A stretch of 64,000 nucleotides of DNA from Gemmatimonadota bacterium. GTDB lineage: Bacteria; JAAXHH01. The notes under the pieces are model-generated. The model was given only the letters and a program-made list of their open reading frames with translations, did not search any database and was not told the DNA's origin. Shown here in pieces: positions 1-7,721 of this stretch; the stretch's first letter is position 1; each line of letters opens with the position of its first letter. The translations under genes and the position numbers were made by a program. The stretch lies in assembly GCA_009835325.1 (NCBI GenBank), contig VXWP01000117.1, forward strand, positions 33,111 to 97,110. Reading direction: 5' to 3'.

Positions 1-56
1 AGGTTTTTGGCCGTTGTTTTTCGGCCGTTGTTTTCCCACTGAAAAGGACCGTTTTC

Positions 57-1028
57 ATGCAGTATCTGCTCACCGGCGGATATGGTTGCATCGGTTCGTG
101 GATCGTGAAGAACCTGGTCGACGACGGACACGATGTCGCCATCTACGACCTGGTGGAACACACCGCCCGCATGGCGCTCATCATGGACGAGGATCAGATC
201 GCCCGGGTCCGGTTCATCGAGGGTGACATCGCCGACGGGACCCACTTCACCCGCGTGGTCGGAGAAACGGGAGCGTCCCGCATCATTCACCTGGCCGGAC
301 TGCAGGTGCCCGTGTGCCGGGCCGACCCCATCAAGGGCGCCACGGTCAACGTAATCGGCACCCTGAACGTCTTCGAGGCGGCGAAATCCCACGACGACAT
401 CGTGGAGCGCGTCGTCTACGCGAGTTCCGCGGCTGTCTACGGCATGGAGGACGACTACGATGCGGGTCCGGTCGGCAACGACGCGGTGCTGCGGCCCGTC
501 ACCCACTACGGCGTCTTCAAGCAGTGCAACGAGGCAAACGCGCGGGTATATTTCCTCGACCATGGCATTTCCAGCATCGGTCTTCGGCCATGGACCGTGT
601 ACGGGCCGGGCCGGGACTTCGGACTGACCTCCGACCCCACGAAGGCGGTCAAGGCCGCCCTGTTGAACCGTCCGTACGTGATCGGGTACGGCGGGCGTAA
701 CAACATGCAGTACGTGAACGACACGGCGCGAACCTTCATCCGCTGCGCCCAGGCCGCCAACGATGGCGCCGGGGCCTACAGCATCCGCGGCGACGTCGTG
801 ACCATCGACGAGGTCATCGCGTCCATCGAACGCGTCGTTCCGGGTTCGGAGGGACTCATTTCCCACCTGGATCTGAACCTGCCCATCGCGCCCGACCTCG
901 ATGACCGCGCCATCCAGGAGGACGTGGGCGAGATCCCCTACACGCCGCTGGACGAGGGGATCAGGGAGACCTGGGACGTATTCCGCCGCCATCACGAGGC
1001 CGGCACGCTGAGCACGGACGACCTGTAG
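57..1028 (+). CDS. NAD-dependent epimerase/dehydratase family protein
   Basis: N-terminal Rossmann GxxGxxG (GGYGCIGSWIV). Length and internal motifs (YASSAAVYG) are typical of SDR-type sugar epimerases. AAAAGGA lies upstream of the ATG. Confidence 0.85.
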   Translation: MQYLLTGGYGCIGSWIVKNLVDDGHDVAIYDLVEHTARMALIMDEDQIARVRFIEGDIADGTHFTRVVGETGASRIIHLAGLQVPVCRADPIKGATVNVIGTLNVFEAAKSHDDIVERVVYASSAAVYGMEDDYDAGPVGNDAVLRPVTHYGVFKQCNEANARVYFLDHGISSIGLRPWTVYGPGRDFGLTSDPTKAVKAALLNRPYVIGYGGRNNMQYVNDTARTFIRCAQAANDGAGAYSIRGDVVTIDEVIASIERVVPGSEGLISHLDLNLPIAPDLDDRAIQEDVGEIPYTPLDEGIRETWDVFRRHHEAGTLSTDDL

Positions 1029-1115
1029 GGACAACCGTCGTACTGCGGCTTCGCAGACCCGACGGACCGAAACCCATCGATCGGACCTGTATATCAAATT
1101 GCAGGCGGTGACCGA

Positions 1116-1910
1116 ATGATGCTGGAATGCCAGATACAGGCCATGCGGACGGACGGCTGGTGCGTCCTGGACAACATTATCCCCGAAGACAGGCTGGCCG
1201 AGACACGCGACCGGGTCATCGCCTCCACCAACCGCCACCGGAATCCCGACGCACCCGCGAACATCGGCCACGTGAGTGGTTTCCTCAAGTACGACCAGTC
1301 GCTGGCGCCCTGGCTCGCGGACCGGCGGTTACTCGACCTGGCCGGCGCGCTGCTCGGACGCCATTTCCGCATCTCCTTCACCACGGCTACGATCAACGAG
1401 CCCGGAAACGACCGCGGAGGCTGGCACGCGGACTGGCCCTTCAACCAGCGGAACGCGGGACATGTGCCCGCTCCGTACCCGGACGCGGTCATGCACCTCA
1501 CGACCATCTGGATGCTCTCCTCATTCACCGGCGAGAACGGAGGCACACTCATCGTCCCGGGCAGCCACCGCAGCGACAACAACCCCACCGGCAACAACGG
1601 GATACCTCCCGACGAACCCCATCCGAGCGAACTGAACGTGACCGGCGAGGCGGGAAGCGTCCTCGTCATGGACAGCCGGCTCTGGCATTCCACGGCCGCC
1701 AACTCCTCCCGGGATCCGCGCGTGGCCGTCGTCGTCCGCTACGCGCCCTGGTGGCTGAACCTGAACGTGCTGCGGCCCGGTTCGGAAGACCGCCGGATCC
1801 TGGTGGACGAGACCGGCGGAACGGAAAACCTGGTCCCCACCCTCCCCAGGGACGTCTTCGACAGCCTGCCCGGCGAGCTGAAACCTCTCGTATCTCACTG
1901 GGTGGGGTAG
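1116..1910 (+). CDS. phytanoyl-CoA dioxygenase (PhyH) family Fe(II)/2OG oxygenase
   Basis: 264 aa with an HxD...H-type iron-binding pattern (WHADWPF ... LWHS). Resembles PhyH-family hydroxylases. Confidence 0.6.
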   Translation: MMLECQIQAMRTDGWCVLDNIIPEDRLAETRDRVIASTNRHRNPDAPANIGHVSGFLKYDQSLAPWLADRRLLDLAGALLGRHFRISFTTATINEPGNDRGGWHADWPFNQRNAGHVPAPYPDAVMHLTTIWMLSSFTGENGGTLIVPGSHRSDNNPTGNNGIPPDEPHPSELNVTGEAGSVLVMDSRLWHSTAANSSRDPRVAVVVRYAPWWLNLNVLRPGSEDRRILVDETGGTENLVPTLPRDVFDSLPGELKPLVSHWVG

Positions 1911-1915
1911 GACGT

Positions 1916-1954
1916 CCGTATACCTCAGCCGTATACCTCAGCCGTGTACCTCAG
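1916..1954. repeat. 13-bp tandem repeat x3 (ccgtatacctcag / ccgtgtacctcag) just after the PhyH stop
   Basis: Read directly: ccgtatacctcag ccgtatacctcag ccgtgtacctcag. Confidence 0.8.
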
Positions 1955-2060
1955 CAAGACATTCCCTGGGTCCCTGTAACATTATACCTCTCGCATTAGT
2001 CTAATGTTTAAGAATCGCAGCAAACCATTTCGATTCTAAACATCTCGATTGGAGGAGGTT

Positions 2061-3035
2061 ATGAGCCGGACTGGAGTTGTCGCGGTATTATGTGCGTGCG
2101 TTTGGATTTCAAGCGCGTGCAACACCCGGGAGTTCGGATTCGAGCGCGACGGGCAGATGAACGGTATTAAGCGTGATGGGCAGGACTATACCGAGACCTT
2201 TCGGCAGAATTACGAGGTCAACCCCGGGGGTACACTGACGGTCGATGCCGAATTGGGGGCAATTCACATTAAAAGCTCAATCCTAAATGAAGTAGATGTC
2301 CTGGTGAGAAAGCGATATCGGGCAACCGATGCAGGCCAGATTCGAAAAGCATTCAGTAATGTCGAAGTCGGAATTGAACAGACGGATAACGATGTACGAA
2401 TCGATGTCGACCGAATCGACGACAACGCAGAGAATTGGTTTTGGCAGGAAAAAACCCGCGTGGAAATCGAAGTAACGGTTCCCGTGGAATTCAATCTGGA
2501 CCTCAGTACGATTAGTGACAGTATCGAGACTGGAAACATCAAAGGAGACGTGACGGCCGAAACGCTTTCCGGGATCGTTTCGACCGGTCCAACCGAAGGT
2601 AATTTGAGCATAGAAACGACCAGCGGGCATATCAGAGCCGGTCGCGTAGTAGGCAGGGTACATACCAAAACACTGAGTGGGAGCATCGAAATTGGACCGG
2701 TGAATGGTAACGCGACACTCTCTTCAACCTCTGGCAGAATCGAAACAGATATCGTAAAGGGAGATCTGAACGCCGAATCCTTAAGTGGGCACATCAAGAT
2801 CGGACCCGTGAATCGTGACGCGACGCTCTCTTCCACCTCAGGCAGAATTGAATCTGATACCGTTAAGGGAGATCTGAACGCTGAGACCTTAAGTGGTAAC
2901 ATCAGGATTGGACCTGTGAATGGTGACGCGACGGTCTCTTCGACCTCGGGGAATATAAAAACTGGCCATGTGGGGGGAAAATTGGAAACCTCGACCCTCA
3001 GCGGCAAAATCGAAAGTAGTTTCCATACACGGTAA
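2061..3035 (+). CDS. secreted DUF4097-like beta-solenoid repeat protein (putative adhesin family), paralog A
   Basis: GGAGGAGG SD 2 nt upstream of ATG 2061 (the track ORF starts at an upstream TTG). Signal peptide present. ~20-aa repeats (SGxIxIGPVNGxATLSSTSGRIE) typical of DUF4097/YvlB-LiaG-like proteins. Markedly lower GC than its neighbours. Confidence 0.8.
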   Translation: MSRTGVVAVLCACVWISSACNTREFGFERDGQMNGIKRDGQDYTETFRQNYEVNPGGTLTVDAELGAIHIKSSILNEVDVLVRKRYRATDAGQIRKAFSNVEVGIEQTDNDVRIDVDRIDDNAENWFWQEKTRVEIEVTVPVEFNLDLSTISDSIETGNIKGDVTAETLSGIVSTGPTEGNLSIETTSGHIRAGRVVGRVHTKTLSGSIEIGPVNGNATLSSTSGRIETDIVKGDLNAESLSGHIKIGPVNRDATLSSTSGRIESDTVKGDLNAETLSGNIRIGPVNGDATVSSTSGNIKTGHVGGKLETSTLSGKIESSFHTR

Positions 3036-3162
3036 CGCCGTGCCCGGCACGGTCGAAGGAAACCTCCAGCGGCGACGCAACTATTTCATCATTGCCGGAG
3101 TCTTAGTCGCAGAACCGAAAGCTCGATGAACTTTAACCTAACCACACCAGGAATAGGGTCCC

Positions 3163-3936
3163 ATGAATGCGTTTTGGAAACTGTCGGTCGCTTGCGTATG
3201 TATAGTGGTGAATTTGAATGCAGCCGCGCAGGATACACAGGAAACCGAGATGATGCGAACTAACCAGGGATTCGTGGAGAGCATCACGGCGGCGTACACC
3301 GTCGATCCCGGCGGCGAGCTGATTATCGATGCCGACTTCGGATCGGTTCGGATCGAGACCGCGACCACCGACAAGGTGGAAATCCTCGTGGAAAAGCAGC
3401 GGAAGGAAGGCACTGAAGACGAGGCCCGCCGCGCCTTCGAAGATGTGGAGGTAACCACGGAACAGCGGGGCAACGACGTGCACGTCCGTGTCGACCATTC
3501 GCGATGGTTGGGACGCAACGGCATGTCCATCGAGATGAAGGTCCAGGTGCCATATACCTACAATCTGGATATCGAGACTGCAGGAGGCAGCATAATAATC
3601 GCGGACCTGGACGGCGAGATCGGGGCGAAGACGGCGGGCGGAAGCATCCGGATCGGCGCCACGCAGGGGGACGTGAACGCCCGGACCCTGGGTGGAAGCA
3701 TCCGCATCGGCCCGACCGAAGGGGGCGTGTCCGCGAAGACCCTGGGCGGCAGTATAGATATAGGTGACGCTAAGGGTGACGTGTCTGCCCAGACGATGGG
3801 CGGGAGCATCCGCGTCGGACGCACCGAAGGTGACCTGACCGCCTACACCATGGGCGGAAACATCACCGTGGAATCCGCTACGGGCAAAGTGTCGGCCAAG
3901 ACCCTGGGCGGCAAAGTCAGGGTCGGTTCCACGTAA
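3163..3936 (+). CDS. secreted DUF4097-like beta-solenoid repeat protein, paralog B
   Basis: Signal peptide present. The N-terminal domain is homologous to paralogs A and C (YxVDPGGxLxIDADFGSIRIE). Repeated TxGGSIRIG units. Confidence 0.8.
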   Translation: MNAFWKLSVACVCIVVNLNAAAQDTQETEMMRTNQGFVESITAAYTVDPGGELIIDADFGSVRIETATTDKVEILVEKQRKEGTEDEARRAFEDVEVTTEQRGNDVHVRVDHSRWLGRNGMSIEMKVQVPYTYNLDIETAGGSIIIADLDGEIGAKTAGGSIRIGATQGDVNARTLGGSIRIGPTEGGVSAKTLGGSIDIGDAKGDVSAQTMGGSIRVGRTEGDLTAYTMGGNITVESATGKVSAKTLGGKVRVGST

Positions 3937-3986
3937 CAAGCCGCTGTCAACGGCAATACCGTTTGTTTTGACAATTGGGAGGAATG

Positions 3987-5321
3987 ATGCGTCTATTATT
4001 AAACCTGGTTGGTGTCGGTCTGCTCGTTGCCTCGGCATACGCATGCAGCGCACAGGAGGTCACGTTTATGCGCGACGGTATGGGTCACGTAGAAAGAACC
4101 CACCAGAAATACGCGGTGGATGGGGCCGGCACGTTGACCGTAGAGACCGACTTCGGATCGATCCGTGTCGAAAGCTGGTCCAACGACGAAGTGGACGTCG
4201 AGGTGGAAAAACGTCGGACGGGTATCAGCGAAGCCAGCGCCCGCGACGCCTTCGATGAAGTATCGGTGGATATTTCCCAACGGGAGAACGACGTCGACAT
4301 CCGGATAGAGCGCGATCGGAAATACGGGAACGAAGGAATATCGGTGGATGTACAGGTCAAGGTGCCGGAAACGTACAGCCTGGACCTCAAGACCTCGGGC
4401 GGCGACATCGATGTCGGAGACCTGCGGGGTGACGTGCTTGCCCGCACCTCGGGCGGCGATATCAACGTTGGCAACGTTACGGACGCCGTGATCCGGGTTC
4501 ACACGTCAGGTGGAGATGTGACCGTAAAGGGAGGTGCAAGGGAGACGAAGGTGTCCACCTCCGGCGGGGATATCGAGATTCGTGACGCACGGGGCGCGGT
4601 GGATGCGACCACCTCGGGCGGTGACGTCACGATCGGCGACGCGGCCGGCGAAGTGTCGGCCAAGACCTCGGGCGGCGACATCAAGATCGGCCGTACGGAC
4701 GGTGAAGTGACGGTGAGAACTTCCGGTGGCGATATCAAAATAGATCAAGCCGGGGGAAACACCGATGCGACTACCTCGGGCGGAGACATCAGGATAGGCC
4801 ATACCACGGGAGAAGTGAAAGCGAAGACTTCCGGCGGCGACATCACGATCGAGCGAGCCGATGGCGAGGTGGACGTGCATACCTCGGGTGGCGACGTCAC
4901 CATCGACAGCGCCGAAGGAAGATTGAAGGCGGGCACCTCGGGCGGCGATATCTCGATCGGCAATGCGACGGGCGGGGGCGTGACGGCGAAGACCTCGGGC
5001 GGCGACATCGAAGCCGGTTTAACGGCGACGGTAAGCGCGCTGGAGGAAGACTGGCTGTTGCAATCGTCCGGTGGGGAGTTGACCATCCGCATTCCCGAGG
5101 ATCTTCAAGCCTCGCTCGAAGCGGAGATCCAGATCGGTAGTTCCTGGTTCGGACGTGACAAGGAATATCGTATCGATTCGGATTTCAACCTGGACGAGCA
5201 GGACGATGGCGGTCGTAACGGTAAAACCGTAAGGGCCACCGGCGATATCAATGGCGGCGGACATCTCATCAGGCTCAAGACAAGCGATGGCGATATAAGG
5301 ATTCAGAAAGTGTCGTCCTGA
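3987..5321 (+). CDS. secreted DUF4097-like beta-solenoid repeat protein, paralog C (expanded repeat array)
   Basis: GGGAGG lies 5 nt before ATG 3987. Signal peptide present. About 15 consecutive TSGGDIxIG(x)A units, followed by a C-terminal domain. Confidence 0.8.
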   Translation: MRLLLNLVGVGLLVASAYACSAQEVTFMRDGMGHVERTHQKYAVDGAGTLTVETDFGSIRVESWSNDEVDVEVEKRRTGISEASARDAFDEVSVDISQRENDVDIRIERDRKYGNEGISVDVQVKVPETYSLDLKTSGGDIDVGDLRGDVLARTSGGDINVGNVTDAVIRVHTSGGDVTVKGGARETKVSTSGGDIEIRDARGAVDATTSGGDVTIGDAAGEVSAKTSGGDIKIGRTDGEVTVRTSGGDIKIDQAGGNTDATTSGGDIRIGHTTGEVKAKTSGGDITIERADGEVDVHTSGGDVTIDSAEGRLKAGTSGGDISIGNATGGGVTAKTSGGDIEAGLTATVSALEEDWLLQSSGGELTIRIPEDLQASLEAEIQIGSSWFGRDKEYRIDSDFNLDEQDDGGRNGKTVRATGDINGGGHLIRLKTSDGDIRIQKVSS

Positions 5322-5366
5322 GCCCTTGACGGGTGCGGACCTGACTTCTCGGTTCAGGCCGCGCCA

Positions 5367-6326
5367 TCAGGCCGCGCCCAGATACCCCGCGAGTTGCTCG
5401 GGCATGATGTTCCCGCCGCTGAGCAGCGCCACGACCTTTTTGCCCTCCAGAGATACGATGCCGTTCAGCAGGGCGGCGACGCCGACCGCGCCTCCCGGCT
5501 CGACTACAAGTTTCGTCGTCCCGATCAGGTACTTCACCGCGTCGATCGCCTGTTCATCCGATACCAGGACCATCTCGTCCACGTAGGCCATTACGTGCTC
5601 GAAGGTAAGGTCCCCGGGGCGGGGCGCCACGAGTGAATCGCATACCGTGTCCGGTTCCGGCACCTCGCAGATCTCCTTCTTCATAAAAGACCGGTAAACC
5701 GCCTGCGACCCTTCGGGTTGTACCCCGATCACCTTCACCGCGGGGTTCAACGTTTTCACGGCCGTGGCAACGCCGCCGATCAGGCCCCCGCTGCTCACGG
5801 GGACGATCACGGCGTCAAGATCCGAAGCCTGTTCCATGATCTCGGCGCCGATGCTGCCATGGCCCCGAACGACGTTCGCGTCTTCCCAGGTGTTGATCGC
5901 GGTGATGCCCCGTTCCCTGCCCAGCCGGTCCAGCGTGTCCCACCTTGCCTGGTTGCGGTTTTCGCACAGCACCGCTTCGGCGCCGTAGTCCATCGTGCGC
6001 CGCACCTTGTAGGACGAGGTCTTTTCCATCATCACGATCGCCGTCGGAATCCCGAGCAGCGTGCCCATGTAGGCGAACGCCGTCGCGAAATTACCGGAGG
6101 ATGAGATCGCGGCGCCCTTCCTCTTCTGGTCCGCGGTAAGGCGGTTCAGGATGGTATAGGCCGCGCGCGTCTTGTAAGACCCCGTCACCTGCAGGTTTTC
6201 CGCCTTCATCCAGACGTCCGCGCCGGTCTGATCGGAAATCGTACCTGAATGCAGGACGGGCGTATATACGACCTCCGGCGGAAGTTCCTTTCTCGCCTGT
6301 TCGATTTCTTCCAGGTTGATCAGCAT
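5367..6326 (-). CDS. PLP-dependent threonine/serine dehydratase (catabolic-type, no regulatory domain)
   Basis: PLP-lysine motif TGSYKTRA and glycine-rich SSGNFATAFAYMG. The start was moved to internal ATG 6326 (MLINLEEIEQ), which has a GGAAGGG upstream. 319 aa. Confidence 0.8.
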   Translation of the reverse strand: MLINLEEIEQARKELPPEVVYTPVLHSGTISDQTGADVWMKAENLQVTGSYKTRAAYTILNRLTADQKRKGAAISSSGNFATAFAYMGTLLGIPTAIVMMEKTSSYKVRRTMDYGAEAVLCENRNQARWDTLDRLGRERGITAINTWEDANVVRGHGSIGAEIMEQASDLDAVIVPVSSGGLIGGVATAVKTLNPAVKVIGVQPEGSQAVYRSFMKKEICEVPEPDTVCDSLVAPRPGDLTFEHVMAYVDEMVLVSDEQAIDAVKYLIGTTKLVVEPGGAVGVAALLNGIVSLEGKKVVALLSGGNIMPEQLAGYLGAA

Positions 6327-6363
6327 CGCTATACCCTTCCGATCACCGATTTCATGCCTGATA

Positions 6364-6403
6364 TGGCGCACGCGCGATGTGGCGCACGCGCGATGTGGCG
6401 CGC
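6364..6403. repeat. 16-bp tandem repeat (tggcgcacgcgcgatg x2 plus a partial copy) in the divergent intergenic region
   Basis: Read directly from the sequence. Confidence 0.8.
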
Positions 6404-6604
6404 TGGCAAAGCCCGGTACCGTACGGTCGCCCGGGCGTGGTTAGATGATGGCATCAGCGTGATAAAAGTGCAAGGGCAAACTGGCGCGGCCGATACGACA
6501 AACTTGGCAGCCCTGGTATTACCTATCTTCCCGTTGCAAGCAACCGTGGGGACGCGCATATTCCGGTATGGGGTTACTTCCGGCTTTGGATGGAGGCACT
6601 ATCG

Positions 6605-7528
6605 ATGAACCGCATCATTTCACTTCTGCCCAGTAGTACCGAGATCATCTGCGCCTTAGGCTGCGCCGAGCGCCTCGTTGGCCGTTCTCACGAATGCGAC
6701 TATCCTCCCGATGTCGCCCGGCTGCCCATTTGTACCTCTCCGAAATTCGATCCGGACGGCACCTCGTACCAGATCGACCAGCGGGTCAAAGCCATCCTGC
6801 AGGAAGCAACCTCGGTATATCGGTTAGACGCCGATCAGCTCGATGAGCTGGCTCCGGATCTGCTGGTGACGCAATCCCATTGCGAAGTCTGCGCCGTCAG
6901 TCTCCGGGATGTCCAGGAAGCGGCCTTCCAACTGGTACGTTCCAGGCCGAAGATCCTGTCATTGCAACCGAATACGCTGGACGAAGTGTGGCACGACATA
7001 GAAAAGGTGGGCTCCGCACTGGGCAAGGAGGACGAAAGTAGCGTTCTGGTAGATCAGCTGAACGAACGGTTGCGCACGATAGCCGACCGCGCCCGGAGAA
7101 CGGAAAACACCCCGCGAGTGGCCTGCATCGAGTGGTTCGATCCACTGATGGCCGCGGGAAACTGGATTCCCGAACTGGTGGAAATCGCCGGTGGCCATAA
7201 CATCTATACCTCGAATGGGGAACATTCACCGTACCTCGCGTGGGAAGACATGGTCGAAACCCAGCCCGACATCATCATCCTGATGCCCTGCGGTTTCGAT
7301 ATGCACCGTTCGCGAATCGAGTCGCCTTCGCTCACACGTCAATCGCCATGGCAAAACCTGCATGCCGTACAGAAGGGGCAGGTATTCTTTACCGACGGCA
7401 ACCAGTTCTTTAACCGTCCCGGACCGCGCCTGGTTGAATCGGCAGAGATTCTGGCAGAGATTATCCACCCAGGCGTCTTCGGCTCGAAACACGAGCACAC
7501 CGGGTGGGAACGATGGAGGGTGTCCTAG
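6605..7528 (+). CDS. BtuF-like periplasmic-binding-protein fold (cobalamin/siderophore-type ABC substrate-binding protein), orphan
   Basis: Resembles BtuF/FhuD class III binding proteins (ISLLPSSTEIICALG...). GGAGG lies 8 nt before ATG 6605. There is no obvious signal peptide and no adjacent permease or ATPase. Confidence 0.7.
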   Translation: MNRIISLLPSSTEIICALGCAERLVGRSHECDYPPDVARLPICTSPKFDPDGTSYQIDQRVKAILQEATSVYRLDADQLDELAPDLLVTQSHCEVCAVSLRDVQEAAFQLVRSRPKILSLQPNTLDEVWHDIEKVGSALGKEDESSVLVDQLNERLRTIADRARRTENTPRVACIEWFDPLMAAGNWIPELVEIAGGHNIYTSNGEHSPYLAWEDMVETQPDIIILMPCGFDMHRSRIESPSLTRQSPWQNLHAVQKGQVFFTDGNQFFNRPGPRLVESAEILAEIIHPGVFGSKHEHTGWERWRVS

Positions 7529-7561
7529 CACACCGGATGCTGAACTGGACAAATCGGAAGT

Positions 7562-7583
7562 GGGCGGCTATATTCCGCCCGCC
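7562..7583 (+). terminator. GC hairpin (GGGCGG-ctatattc-CGCCCGCC) downstream of the BtuF-like gene
   Basis: Inverted repeat read directly. No U-tract, so the terminator function is uncertain. Confidence 0.3.
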
Positions 7584-7585
7584 TC

Positions 7586-7623
7586 GATATCTGGCGTATC
7601 ACTTGATATCTGGCGTATCACTT
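7586..7623. repeat. 19-bp perfect tandem repeat x2 (gatatctggcgtatcactt)
   Basis: Read directly. Confidence 0.85.
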
Positions 7624-7721
7624 GAAGAAGCGACGGATGTAAGTTGTAGAATATAAGACTGTGCCCATCGTAAGTGACGTGACTGCTGATTGTAACCTGT
7701 TGTCCGATGCTGGAGGAATTA

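Noticed and set aside
6400-6604. Possible cobalamin riboswitch upstream of the BtuF-like gene
   Set aside because: No B12-box or conserved riboswitch core was recognised by eye. Left as something to scan rather than called.
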